Below, one piece after another: positions 27,930 to 37,510 of a stretch of 64,000 bases of DNA; within the stretch, counting starts at the first letter, position 1, and each line of letters opens with the position of its first letter. The notes beneath the pieces were generated by a model. The model was given only the letters and a program-made list of their open reading frames with translations, had not been told where the DNA came from and ran no database searches. Source of the stretch: a virus. Lineage: Duplodnaviria > Caudoviricetes. A program made the position numbers and the translations under genes. The DNA lies in IMG/VR virus record IMGVR_UViG_2912765049_000001, positions 32,001 through 96,000 of that record, one strand, 5' to 3'.

Positions 27930-28319
27930 TCAGGCCGCCGCGGACGCGCCCTCGCCCGGGGCTGCGACCGGCCCGCGGTCGACGCCGGCGGGGGCGACCA
28001 GGCGCTCGAGGAAGGCGCCGATCAACTCGACGGGCACCTCGCCGGTGAAGGTCGCCGTCCAGAAGCGGGGCTTGGCGAGGACCGCGTGTCCCGGCTCGCC
28101 GGGCAGGAAGCCGACCGCCTGGACCTTCCACAGGACGTCGGTGGTGGCGTACTCGGCGGCCTCGGGCTGGAACACCAGCCGGGCCTGCCCGCCGGGAGCC
28201 ACGACCTGGGTGTTGGAGGACGGGTCGGTGTGCGGGGTCCAGCCGGCCGCTGTCAGGACGTTGAACGCGACCGCGGGGTCGCCTTCGTCCGCCAGGAGCG
28301 CCGGGACGTTCGTCGTCAT
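27930..28319 (-). CDS. DUF317-domain protein
   Basis: LTAAGW...APGG...WTATFTGEVPVELIGAF; typical of Streptomyces plasmids. Confidence 0.8.
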   Translation of the reverse strand: MTTNVPALLADEGDPAVAFNVLTAAGWTPHTDPSSNTQVVAPGGQARLVFQPEAAEYATTDVLWKVQAVGFLPGEPGHAVLAKPRFWTATFTGEVPVELIGAFLERLVAPAGVDRGPVAAPGEGASAAA

Positions 28320-28746
28320 GCCGTAAGTCCGTTCCTTCGGGGCGGGCGGAATTACCCGCCGCGTTTTCGGGTGGCCAGGAACGTAGCTCGCCCTCGGGAA
28401 CAACATCAACGGCCTCTGAAAAAACGTGAATTCGGCATTCTACGGGGATATCGAGTGCTCTTTCGGACGCGGCCTCGCCGCCCGCGCCCAGGCTCGTCAC
28501 CACAGGTGGATGGCCTACGGCCGTCACCCCCGACAGCTTCCCCAGGTTCATCCTGTCCCAGGTTCGTCGGCAACCGTTTCCACCCGTGGGCCGCTGGAAT
28601 TTTCCACCCGTGGCCGCGCCGAAACCCCCGTACTCAGCCCCTGCTCCTCGGCTTTAGCGAGCCCACTTCTGAGAAAAAAGCGGAGCCAGCGCCAAGGCGG
28701 CCCGAAACCCGTTGAGCTGCCCGCCGCACCAGTGCCAAGGTGGCTC

Positions 28747-29490
28747 ATGAGCAAGAAGAACGTCCGGGTGCCGGACGACAGCGAACTCGTCCGGCTGGCT
28801 GCCGCGGCATGTGAGAGCGCCGCGAGCAAGCTGGAGGCGGCCACGCTGCTGCTGGGAGCGGAGCAGTGGGCGGAGGCGTTCTACAACGCCGCCCTCGGCT
28901 TCGAAGAACTGGGCAAGGCGCACCTGTGCCTGACCGTGGTGATGATCCCCACCCAGTACCGCAGCGACGTGACGCCTCGGGAGTTCTCCGAGATGTTCAA
29001 CGGCCACGGCGCCAAGGCGGCCTTCGGGCACCTCGTGCTGCGCAGCCTGGTCGACCGGGACGCACCGGTCGCCGTGACCGACATGCTGGCCGAGGCCGAA
29101 GCGGCGGCCGCGCAGACCAACACCACCAAGTTCCGGGGCCTGTACGTCGACCTGGGCGCAGACGGCACGCTGCTGCACCCGAGCGACGTCGTGGAGAGCG
29201 ACGCCCGCTGGATGGTCGACCGACTGCAGACACTGCACGAGTGGATGGGCCCGATGTGCGCCGAGGCCGGCCGGGACCCCGACTTCCTGGCGTTCTTGGT
29301 CCAGTTCCGGGAGAACATTGACGCCGACGCGATCGCGGACGCCCTCGTGGCCGACCCGGAAGACTGGCTGCGCCAGCTGCGCGCTGCGGTCCAGGCCCCG
29401 TTCACGGCACTGCCGTCCTGGATGTCCGACGCCCTCCTGGCTCTCCCAGGTACGGCAGAGCTGTCACGCAGCGAGGCCGCGCAGCCCTGA
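28747..29490 (+). CDS. abiV: AbiV-family abortive infection (HEPN-fold) protein
   Basis: ALGFEELGKA, FNGHGAK, NTTKFRGLYVD. Confidence 0.85.
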   Translation: MSKKNVRVPDDSELVRLAAAACESAASKLEAATLLLGAEQWAEAFYNAALGFEELGKAHLCLTVVMIPTQYRSDVTPREFSEMFNGHGAKAAFGHLVLRSLVDRDAPVAVTDMLAEAEAAAAQTNTTKFRGLYVDLGADGTLLHPSDVVESDARWMVDRLQTLHEWMGPMCAEAGRDPDFLAFLVQFRENIDADAIADALVADPEDWLRQLRAAVQAPFTALPSWMSDALLALPGTAELSRSEAAQP

Positions 29491-29503
29491 CGGTGCCGGG
29501 CCG

Positions 29504-30352
29504 CTACTGGTCCGCTTCCTCAACGCCGCAGAACTGCTCGAACAGCAGCGGGGACCCGAGCGCGGTGGCGGTGAGCTTGCGGTGCGCGGCCTCGAGCGTG
29601 CGTACGGCGGCGGGCAGCCCGGCCGGGGGCGCGGGCTTGCCGCCGCGCGGCCGGCCGGGGGCGGTGGTGACCCACAGCTCCTCGACGTTGCCGCCCTTGA
29701 GGACCTTCAGGTGCCCGGCGGTCAGCGCCTGGTGGGTGGCCTTCCAGCGGGCCAGGGCGCCGCGGGAGACGGCGTCGATCGGGTACCAGTCCTCGCCGAC
29801 CCGGGCGCGCGGCAGGGAGCGCTCCAGCTCGAGGTCGGTCAGCCGCATCGGGTGCAGGGCGCTTATCCCCTGACCGGTGCACACGGCGAGCGCGATCAGG
29901 GCGACGGAGCGTTCCCAGGTCGACTCGAGCATCCCGGCCGGGTGGTGCCCGGACAGCAGCCGCAGGGTGCGGTGGGCCTCGGTGGGGGTGAGTCGGTCGG
30001 CGAACTCCGGCGCCGGCGGCTGCAGCTCGAGGGGTTGGCCGCAGTAGCGGGAGAAGGTGTTGACCGAGCTGGTGCGCGCGGCCATGGAGTTGACGGAGGC
30101 CCGGGCGGTTGGGCCCTCGAGGCCGGGGCGGCGCCGGGTCAGGCCGCGCTGGGCGTCGGTGAGCCAGGCGAGGGCATTCTCCTCGTCCAGGAGGTCCTCG
30201 GTGGCCACCGTACTGACGGCGCCGTCGCCCTGGTCGGCGACCCAGGCCACGTACTCGTCGAGGAAGGCGCGGCGCTGGCGCCGGGTGGCTTCGGCGCGCA
30301 GGGTGTCCACGAACGCGGCGACGGCCGCGGTGGCGCGGCGGGGAGGCGTCAC
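29504..30352 (-). CDS. Tyrosine-recombinase-fold protein lacking catalytic residues
   Basis: WERSVALIALAVCTGQGISALHPMRLTDL aligns to box I without Arg; ends at LFEQFC with no HxxR or Tyr; GTGA-coupled to HEPN gene. Confidence 0.65.
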   Translation of the reverse strand: MTPPRRATAAVAAFVDTLRAEATRRQRRAFLDEYVAWVADQGDGAVSTVATEDLLDEENALAWLTDAQRGLTRRRPGLEGPTARASVNSMAARTSSVNTFSRYCGQPLELQPPAPEFADRLTPTEAHRTLRLLSGHHPAGMLESTWERSVALIALAVCTGQGISALHPMRLTDLELERSLPRARVGEDWYPIDAVSRGALARWKATHQALTAGHLKVLKGGNVEELWVTTAPGRPRGGKPAPPAGLPAAVRTLEAAHRKLTATALGSPLLFEQFCGVEEADQ

Positions 30353-31083
30353 AGCTTGTCCCACCCCAGGTCGCGGTGTACCTGCCGGACGGCCCGGGCG
30401 GTGGGCGCGATGAAGGTGTGCAACAGGCGCAGGGCGCCGTCGCACTGGGCGCCGACGGCCGCGAGGTCGCGGTGCCGGCGGCCGCGGCTGCCCTTGCCGG
30501 AGGGGTCGACGAGGTCGAGCTCGTGGACGACCTCGTGGCGGGCGTTGAAGAAGGGCTGGTGGCCTTTGAGTATGGCGTCGTCGAGGGCGGGATCTTTCTT
30601 CAGGCCGAGGGCGTTGCGGCAGCGGGTGAGGTCGGCTGCGCCCTGGATGCTCGAGCCGGCCAGGTCCTCGACGTAGAGGTCGATTAGGGCGGAGCGCGGG
30701 TCGATGTCGACCACGGCCTTCTTGGTGGCCTGGGTCATCTCGCCGGTCAGGCGGCTGGACATGAAGTGGCTGACGAAGGCTCCGTGCGCGTCGCCCGCGG
30801 TGGACAGCAGGGTGGGCAGCGAGTCGCGCAGCAGGGTGCGCAGGCAGGCGTCGATGCCGGCCGCGGTGAACACGATGGCGGCGCGGACCTGGTCGCGGTG
30901 GGCCTCGGAGATGGGGCCGCGGGGGTCGTTCTGCGCGCTGCGCAGTTCGTTGAGGGTGGTGAACAGTCCGGCGACGGACTTGTGCGTGGCGACGAGCCGG
31001 GCCCAGCTGCGTTCGACTTCGGGCGGGCAGCCGTGCGGCTTGCGGGGCAGGTTGGTCAGCTCGACGAGCGTCAGTTTCGACAA
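30349..31083 (-). CDS. HEPN-domain protein (putative RNase)
   Basis: RAAIVFTAAGIDACL N-terminal helix and RHEVVH (Rx4H); AAGGAG RBS + TTG. Confidence 0.8.
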   Translation of the reverse strand: MSKLTLVELTNLPRKPHGCPPEVERSWARLVATHKSVAGLFTTLNELRSAQNDPRGPISEAHRDQVRAAIVFTAAGIDACLRTLLRDSLPTLLSTAGDAHGAFVSHFMSSRLTGEMTQATKKAVVDIDPRSALIDLYVEDLAGSSIQGAADLTRCRNALGLKKDPALDDAILKGHQPFFNARHEVVHELDLVDPSGKGSRGRRHRDLAAVGAQCDGALRLLHTFIAPTARAVRQVHRDLGWDKL

Positions 31084-31145
31084 CGTCTTCTCCTTGCGCC
31101 GTTCTCCGCGTGGTGCCCGCGGCCTCTCCGCCTCGAAGTATGAGG

Positions 31146-31375
31146 TGTGTCCGACCGCCGTGTCACTAAATAACAGCAAGTAGCTGGCGATCACGGGGCC
31201 CGGTCCTCCAGCTAGCCCATCGTTTCGGTTCGTGTCGAACCGAGTCGTACGTGCCGGTCCGGTACGGACAATGCGGCCTTCCGGCCTCCCGGCACGCGCT
31301 CCCCCACCGACGCCGACTCTGTCATCTGCGGGTTCGGCTGTTTGCTGTTATTTAGATACACGACGGTCGGACACA
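31146..31375. repeat. Pair of 34-bp inverted repeats (31146-31179, 31342-31375)
   Basis: TGTGTCCGACCG(C/T)CGTGT(CA/AT)CTAAATAACAGCAA, 31/34 identical, 162-bp spacer. Confidence 0.9.
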
Positions 31376-31467
31376 GGGCGCCTGCCGCTGTTGCCGCTCG
31401 GCTCGGCAGTCGGGCACCCCAAGGAAGTGCCGTACGCGAGCGGGCTCCGGTCACTACGCTCAGGCCC

Positions 31468-31662
31468 GTGACCGAGCGACCCGTCGAGAACGTCGACAAC
31501 CGCCCCACGGCGATCGAGCCCAAGCAGAGCGACGCCGTGGAGGACGCCCACTTCCGCCGGCGTCTGCGCGCCACCATGGAACGGCCCCAGACACGCCCGC
31601 CGCTCCTGACCCTCGAAGACGTCCGCGCCCTCGAGGACGCTCCCCCGCCGCAGCGTCCGTGA
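31468..31662 (+). CDS. Small hypothetical protein
   Basis: GC3 bias; weak RBS. Confidence 0.45.
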   Translation: MTERPVENVDNRPTAIEPKQSDAVEDAHFRRRLRATMERPQTRPPLLTLEDVRALEDAPPPQRP

Positions 31663-31744
31663 TCTTCCCGTCGCCTGACACTGGTGAGTGGTTTCGCGGG
31701 GAACGCCGCCGCGCCGCCCGGGCACTGCCCTAGCCTGCTGTGCC

Positions 31745-32182
31745 ATGGACATCGAGCTGACTGACGATGAGCACCTGCGGGCACTGGCCGCGCTGGAGGC
31801 CGTCGTGGGAAACGACGACGATGCCCTGGCAGTCCTGGCAGGCGGTGCCGGCGAACGGCCGCTGCCAGCGCTGCTGGCCGCCTACGGACAGCACACCCTC
31901 CACCGCGTCGTGATCGCCGCATTCGGCATCGACGCCACCATGGACTACGACGAAACGGGCCGACTGGTATCGGAGATCAACAGCGACCCGGTGGCCCCCC
32001 TGGTCTTCGTCCTGACCGACGCCCTGCACAACCAGGCCGCACCCGCCGGCGACGACCCCGCCACCGCCAAGCTGATCGGCAGGTCGATCCTGCTCGCGAT
32101 CCACGCGTTCACCGACGCCGACAATCAGGACGCCCTCACCCTGCTGCGCGCACTGCGCAACGAGGTCCTGCAGGCCGACTGA
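31745..32182 (+). CDS. Hypothetical protein (possibly leaderless)
   Basis: TAGCCT just upstream of ATG; GC3 bias. Confidence 0.7.
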   Translation: MDIELTDDEHLRALAALEAVVGNDDDALAVLAGGAGERPLPALLAAYGQHTLHRVVIAAFGIDATMDYDETGRLVSEINSDPVAPLVFVLTDALHNQAAPAGDDPATAKLIGRSILLAIHAFTDADNQDALTLLRALRNEVLQAD

Positions 32183-32194
32183 GCGACAGCCGGG

Positions 32195-32549
32195 TCAGCG
32201 CGGCCACGTCGCAGGCAGGGGCGCCGCGATGATCCCGTTGAGCAGCGCGCGCAGGTCCGCCAGGAGCTGCTGGCCCTCGGCCGACGTCGGGTAGTCCGCA
32301 CCGCGCAGCAGCGTCGCCGCCCGCGCCAGCGCGCCGGCGAACAGGTTCTCCTCCCCTGCCGGGGCGAGGTCCGGTCCGGCCGCGCGCATCCCGGCGAGCA
32401 CCGCGTCGACGGGCGGCGCAGCGGGAGAGGCGTTGAGGATCTCGGCCGCGCAGGCCCGCTCCGGCGAACTCGGCTGCCACGAGCCGTCCTCCAGCCCCTC
32501 CAGCAGGGACCGGAGCCCGGGTCGTGGCGTCGTGGAAAGTGCTCGTCAT
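32195..32549 (-). pseudogene. Hypothetical gene with early frameshift
   Basis: MTSTFHDATTR continues as LRSLLEGLEDGSWQPS only after a frame change near 32515. Confidence 0.45.
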
Positions 32550-32701
32550 ACCGCCGGAGCCTAAGTCGCCCCCTGCTCCCAGCCGCACCCGGGGAGGCCC
32601 GGGTGTCGTCTTGCTCGGCAATCCGATCCGCGCTCCGCCCCACCTGCGGCGACCCCTGATCTACAGTCGATGGGTCAACATCCCGAAGGACCGGGGGAAT
32701 T

Positions 32702-33376
32702 GTGGAGAGCTTCTTTCAGCGGGTCGAGCAGGCGTGGCCGGCGGGACGCCGTGATCTTCACTGGCACCTGCTGCCCGCCCCGGCCACGGAGGCGGTGGCG
32801 CTCGGCAGGCCGTATCTCGGCCTGACCCTGACCCGCGGCCTGCACCGGGTCATACCCGAGTGGATGCACTGCACCGTTCTGCACGCCATCGGTGCCGACG
32901 TCGACAACGACCCGGCTGTCCGCGCCGGTATCGATCTTCTCGTCGACGACGTCACCCGCCGAGTCGCCGATGTCGAACCGTTCACGCTCACCTTCGGCCG
33001 GCCAGCCATCGCCCGGTCCGCGATCGAGGCGCCCGGCTCGCCGGATCGCCCGCATCAAACCCTCGTCGAGCACGTCATGGCGGCCCACCGCGAGCTGTGG
33101 GGCGACGCACACCTGCTGTCCCCCAGCAAGGCCCCCCACATCTCCCTCGCCTACGGCGGCGAGGACGCCGAAGGCATCGACCCGGACCAGCTCAACTCCC
33201 AGCTCGCCGACATCGAGGACGATCACGCGGTGGACGTGTACGTGGACCGCCTGCACCTGGTCGCCCAGCGGCACGACGGCGCCCGCATCACCTGGCAGCC
33301 GCTCGCCGAAGTCACGCTGAAGGGCGTCGACGACGAAGCCTTCCTCGACAGCATCATGGCCGAGCTGGACAACTGA
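32702..33376 (+). CDS. 2H phosphoesterase (2'-5' RNA ligase family)
   Basis: Two HxT/S motifs: MHCTV, PHISLAY. Confidence 0.85.
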   Translation: MESFFQRVEQAWPAGRRDLHWHLLPAPATEAVALGRPYLGLTLTRGLHRVIPEWMHCTVLHAIGADVDNDPAVRAGIDLLVDDVTRRVADVEPFTLTFGRPAIARSAIEAPGSPDRPHQTLVEHVMAAHRELWGDAHLLSPSKAPHISLAYGGEDAEGIDPDQLNSQLADIEDDHAVDVYVDRLHLVAQRHDGARITWQPLAEVTLKGVDDEAFLDSIMAELDN

Positions 33377-33403
33377 CCGGCGGCGACGGCGAGACAGGCC
33401 GCG

Positions 33404-34258
33404 TCAGGTCGCAGGTACGAGCTGGGCCGTCACGCCGGTGGGATGCAGGAACTGCCGGGCACCGCGCAGTGTGGTGCGCAGATTCTGCTGGGTCGCCCGG
33501 CTGTCGAGGCGTACGTCGAGGGCGCCGAGAAGTGTGCTGTTGGCCCGCAGGCCCTCGGGCAGCCGGGAGGCGTCGAGGCCGTCACGGCGGGCGATGAGGA
33601 TGCCGAGCTCGTGACGGCTCACCGCGTCGGACCCTGCGAGATGGTGGATGCCGGCCGCGTCGCACGACGCCAGTTCGACAAGGGCGGCGGCCAGGTCGGT
33701 GACGTGCACCGGGCAGCGGATGTCGTCGGTGAACAGGGCGCCGTCGCGGGTGCCGGAGGCGAGTTCGTGGACGACGCGCTCATGGACCGAGCGCCCTTGG
33801 CCGATGATCAGCGAGGTGCGGGCGACAGCGGCCTTCGGGTACACGGCGAGGACCCCGGTCTCCGCCGCCGCTTTCGCCGCTCCGTACGGGGTGACGGGGT
33901 CGGGGAGGAAGGTCTCGTCGTAGTGGACTCGGGTACCGGAGAACACTGCGTCGCTGGAAACGTGGACCAGGCGGCTGCCGTGCGTTGCTGCGGCCATCGC
34001 GACCCGGATGGGGCCCTCCGCCGTCGCCGCCCAGTCGTCTTTGCGGCTTGCTGTGTTGATGACGAGATCCGGGCGCACCTCCGCCATGACGGCGTCCAGG
34101 CGTCCGGCATCCCGCAGATCGAGGGGGTACCACTCGGCTTGGGAGGCGTCGCCGGGCTTGGTCGCGTACGTCGCGGCTGTGGTGTGCCCGGCCGCTCTCG
34201 TCTGCCGGATCAGCTCGGCCCCTAGGAAGCCGCTGCCGCCGATGATCAAAGCTCTCAT
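33404..34258 (-). CDS. RmlD-like NAD(P)-dependent sugar-nucleotide reductase (extended SDR)
   Basis: GGSGFLG, HVSSDAVF, YGAAK, RTSL. Confidence 0.9.
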   Translation of the reverse strand: MRALIIGGSGFLGAELIRQTRAAGHTTAATYATKPGDASQAEWYPLDLRDAGRLDAVMAEVRPDLVINTASRKDDWAATAEGPIRVAMAAATHGSRLVHVSSDAVFSGTRVHYDETFLPDPVTPYGAAKAAAETGVLAVYPKAAVARTSLIIGQGRSVHERVVHELASGTRDGALFTDDIRCPVHVTDLAAALVELASCDAAGIHHLAGSDAVSRHELGILIARRDGLDASRLPEGLRANSTLLGALDVRLDSRATQQNLRTTLRGARQFLHPTGVTAQLVPAT

Positions 34259-34376
34259 GGGCGACACGGTAGACCGGACCCGGTGGGCACCGGCGGAGGC
34301 GGACGCCGCTGGTTCGGGTGTCCGCCTCCGCCGTCGACGTACCGGATCTGACCGCGCGGCCGGCCGCGCGCCGGGG

Positions 34377-34838
34377 CTACGTGTGAGGCTGCCAGACGTA
34401 ACGGACGTCTGGCTCACGCTCGTCGTTGCGCCGCCCGTCCGTCCGCTCGGCCTCTATGAAGCCGTGCCGTTCATAGAACCGCCGCGCCGGCATGTTGACC
34501 TGGAACGTCCATAGCGTCAGCCCGTCTGGCTGCTCCTGCTTGGCCAGGGCCATGAACCGATCGCCCAGCCCCCGCCCACGCCACGCTGGGTCGAGGTAGA
34601 GCTGCTTCAGCTCCACGCCGTTGAGCACCAGGACCCCCACCACACGGTCCCCGGTGACCGCCACCCAGGTCTCGTAGCGCGGCACCAGCACGCGTAAGAA
34701 CCAGTCCCGCACTTCGGCGTCGCTGTGTGCGCAACGCACTGACGGCAGCGCGGCGTTGAAGGAACGCAGCCATACGTCGGCGGCGGGGAACGCGTCGGCG
34801 GAGCCTGCACGACGGAGGACGACGGCGTCACTGTTCAC
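34377..34838 (-). CDS. GNAT N-acetyltransferase
   Basis: QLYLDPAWRGRGLG, NMPARRFYERHGF; TTA at 34695-34697. Confidence 0.9.
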   Translation of the reverse strand: MNSDAVVLRRAGSADAFPAADVWLRSFNAALPSVRCAHSDAEVRDWFLRVLVPRYETWVAVTGDRVVGVLVLNGVELKQLYLDPAWRGRGLGDRFMALAKQEQPDGLTLWTFQVNMPARRFYERHGFIEAERTDGRRNDEREPDVRYVWQPHT

Positions 34839-34850
34839 GGCGCGAGACCT

Positions 34851-36173
34851 CTACTTCCCTGGCCGTCCGAGCTGGTGGACGGTCCAGCCCGCCGAACGCC
34901 ACGGCTCGGGGTCGAGGGTGGTGCGACAGTCGACGAGCAGGGCGTTGGCGGGGCGGTCCACGAGGGCCTGGGGGTTGGCGTGCCCATACTCAGGCCACTC
35001 GGTGGCCAGGACGACGACGTCGGCGCCGTCGAGGGACGCGGGCAGGTCGTCGGTGTAGTCGAACTCGGGGTTGCGAATCAGCGCTGTGTTCACGGCCTGC
35101 GGGTCGTGGATGGTGACGGTGGCGCCGGCCTGCTGGAGGGCCTGGGCGAGCGCGAGGGCCGGACTCTCCCGGACGTCGTTGGTGCCGGGCTTGAACGCGG
35201 CGCCCCACACGGTGACCCGGGCGCCCTCGAGGGGATAGTCGCCCAGGACGCGGGTGATGAGGCCCAGGGCAACGTCGGTGCGGCTCTCGTTGATCTCCTC
35301 GGCGGCGCGCAGGAGGGTCGCTGCGCGGTCGGCGCCGAGCTGGCGGGCGGAGGCGGTGAAGGCGCGGATGTCCTTGGGGAGGCAGCCACCGCCGTACCCG
35401 ATGCCGGGCCTCATGCCGCCGCTGCCGATGCGCGGGTCGATGCCGAGGATGTCCACGATCTCGGCGATGTCGCCGCCGGCGGCCTGGCACATGTCGGCGA
35501 CGGCGTTGATGTACGAGATCTTGAGGCCGAGGAAGGTGTTGGCCGCGCCCTTGGCGAGTTCCGCGGTCTGCGGGTCGGTGACGAACAGGGGGGTTCCGGC
35601 GTCCAGGATGGGGGCGTAGACGGCTCGGATTGCCTTCTCGCCCTCGGGGGTGGTGAGACCGGCGATGAGGCGATCCGGACGCAGGGTGTCCTCGACGGCG
35701 TGTCCCTCGCGCAGGAACTCCGGGTTCCATACGACGTCGACGCGTTCGCCGGCGGGGGCCAGGCGCTGGGCGAGCTCGGTGACCTGGCGGGTCGTGCCGA
35801 CGGTGACCGTGCTTTTCCCGACGATGGTGCACGGCCGGTCGAGGTGGGGAGCGAGCTGGCGGATGGCGCCGAAGACCTGCCCGGTGTCGTAGGACCGGCC
35901 GTCCGGGCTGATGGGGGTGCCGACCCCGATGAAGTGCAGCTCGGCGAAGTCGGCGGCCTCCCGGATGCTGGTGGTGAACCGCAGGCGCCCGCTCGCGGTG
36001 TGTTGGGCAAGTAGCTCGGGAAGGCCGATCTCGAAGATGGGACAGTGGCCGGCGTTGAGCTGTTCCACCTTGGCTTGGTCGACGTCCACGCCGATGACCT
36101 CGTGGCCGAGTTCGGCCATCGCCGCCGCGTGCGGGATGCCAAGGTGACCACAGCCGATTACTGAAATTCTCAT
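34851..36173 (-). CDS. UDP-glucose/GDP-mannose dehydrogenase family protein
   Basis: GCGHLG, VGTP, KSTV, NPEFLREG, GYGGGCLPKD, AFKPGTNDVRES. Confidence 0.95.
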   Translation of the reverse strand: MRISVIGCGHLGIPHAAAMAELGHEVIGVDVDQAKVEQLNAGHCPIFEIGLPELLAQHTASGRLRFTTSIREAADFAELHFIGVGTPISPDGRSYDTGQVFGAIRQLAPHLDRPCTIVGKSTVTVGTTRQVTELAQRLAPAGERVDVVWNPEFLREGHAVEDTLRPDRLIAGLTTPEGEKAIRAVYAPILDAGTPLFVTDPQTAELAKGAANTFLGLKISYINAVADMCQAAGGDIAEIVDILGIDPRIGSGGMRPGIGYGGGCLPKDIRAFTASARQLGADRAATLLRAAEEINESRTDVALGLITRVLGDYPLEGARVTVWGAAFKPGTNDVRESPALALAQALQQAGATVTIHDPQAVNTALIRNPEFDYTDDLPASLDGADVVVLATEWPEYGHANPQALVDRPANALLVDCRTTLDPEPWRSAGWTVHQLGRPGK

Positions 36174-36207
36174 TCCTTGACTCTCACTCTGGGTGGGGGC
36201 CCGCGTG

Positions 36208-36255
36208 CGGGGCCGGGGAACAAGCCTCAGAGGCTAGCGCCGTTCCCCGGCCCCG
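36208..36255. terminator. Intra-operon stem-loop
   Basis: 14-bp perfect arms CGGGGCCGGGGAAC between two co-oriented genes. Confidence 0.55.
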
Positions 36256-36259
36256 TAGT

Positions 36260-37510
36260 TCAGGCTTTGTCGGCGCGGAAGTTCAGCAGCTGCTCCAGCT
36301 CACTGATGGCGTCGGCGGCCGTCTGCCGTACGACCACGTCACCGGTCTGCGGTGCCTCCAGCGGGTACTCGAACCAGGAACCGTCCGGACGGGGGAATCC
36401 CTCCGGGTCGACGATGAACACCTGGAGTCCGGCCTCGCGGGCCCGCTTGGCCACCTGCCGCCGGTCGGCGTGCAGCCCGATCACGACCAGGGCCTTGGCG
36501 TCGGGGTGGAAGGTGACCGGCGGGATCCGCTGGTCGTAGCGGCGCATGAACTGCTCCTCGAACCCGGCGCGGGCGCCGAGCGCGTCGAAGTTGTTCGTGA
36601 TGAACGGGCCGACCATGTGCCCGGCCTCCTCCATGCGCTTGAGCGCGTGCAGGGCCGGGGTGACCTCGGCTTCGAAGCAGGCCCGGTACATGTCCGACAG
36701 CTCGGCGACCTTGTCCTCGGTGTTGAGGAGCATCTCCGCGAGCAGCGGGTCCCGCCCCGGTGCCAGGACGAACGTGAAGCCCTTGCGGAGCTGCTCGTCC
36801 TCGATCTCGTTGACGTGGTAGATCTCGTGGAGCCGGTGCAGCGGCGGAATGCCGGCCTCGTAGGAGACGCCGCAGCCGACCTCGACCTGGAACGGCAGGA
36901 AGTCCGTGAGCTGCGCCAGGTTGTCGGCGTAGACCGGCTGTCCGGGGGTGTCCTTGACCCGGACACCGTGGCTCAGGACCTCCCACGGCCGGCGGCGGAT
37001 CGCCCTCGGCGGGTACGTGTTGACGGAGGTGAACGTGGTGTCGATGACCTGGTAGTCCTCCGGAAGCCGACGGCCCGCCCGCAGATCCTCCGGGTGCTCC
37101 TCGAGGCGAATCATGTGGACGCGCAGGTCGCCCAGTTCGAAGCGGCCCGGCCCCGTCTGCTTCCAGCCGCCCTCGGCCAGCATGGCGTGGTTCTGCTCCC
37201 ACGCCTCGTCGATCTCGGCCTGCGGCGCCGCCACAGAGTGGTACACGTACATCTGCTGCATGGCCAGCGCCGGCGCCGCGGTGGTGTCCACCAGGCCGTA
37301 CTGGTGCCAGTAGTGGACGATGCGGCGGCGTGCGTCACCTTCGCCCGTCCAGCCGGAGTTGGAGGCGGTCTCCTTCTGCTGGGTGCGCCGCCAGATGCCC
37401 TCCTCCACGAAGCGGGGCCGGTCCGCGTTCACCCCGTAGTAGTCGTGCCACTTGCTGAGCTGCTCCTCATCGAGCTGGTCGATGACCGTGACGGGAAACT
37501 GCACCTGCAT
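36260..37510 (-). CDS. Atypical SIR2/sirtuin-fold NAD-binding protein with unknown N-terminal domain
   Basis: GCGVSYEAGIP, TPALHALKRM, ITNNFDALGARAG, LVVIG; no HG motif or Zn module. Confidence 0.7.
   Translation of the reverse strand: MQVQFPVTVIDQLDEEQLSKWHDYYGVNADRPRFVEEGIWRRTQQKETASNSGWTGEGDARRRIVHYWHQYGLVDTTAAPALAMQQMYVYHSVAAPQAEIDEAWEQNHAMLAEGGWKQTGPGRFELGDLRVHMIRLEEHPEDLRAGRRLPEDYQVIDTTFTSVNTYPPRAIRRRPWEVLSHGVRVKDTPGQPVYADNLAQLTDFLPFQVEVGCGVSYEAGIPPLHRLHEIYHVNEIEDEQLRKGFTFVLAPGRDPLLAEMLLNTEDKVAELSDMYRACFEAEVTPALHALKRMEEAGHMVGPFITNNFDALGARAGFEEQFMRRYDQRIPPVTFHPDAKALVVIGLHADRRQVAKRAREAGLQVFIVDPEGFPRPDGSWFEYPLEAPQTGDVVVRQTAADAISELEQLLNFRADKA

Noticed and set aside
36260-37510. Thoeris/DSR-type SIR2 defence system
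   Set aside because: No TIR, SLOG/macro, HerA or pAgo partner; context is biosynthetic
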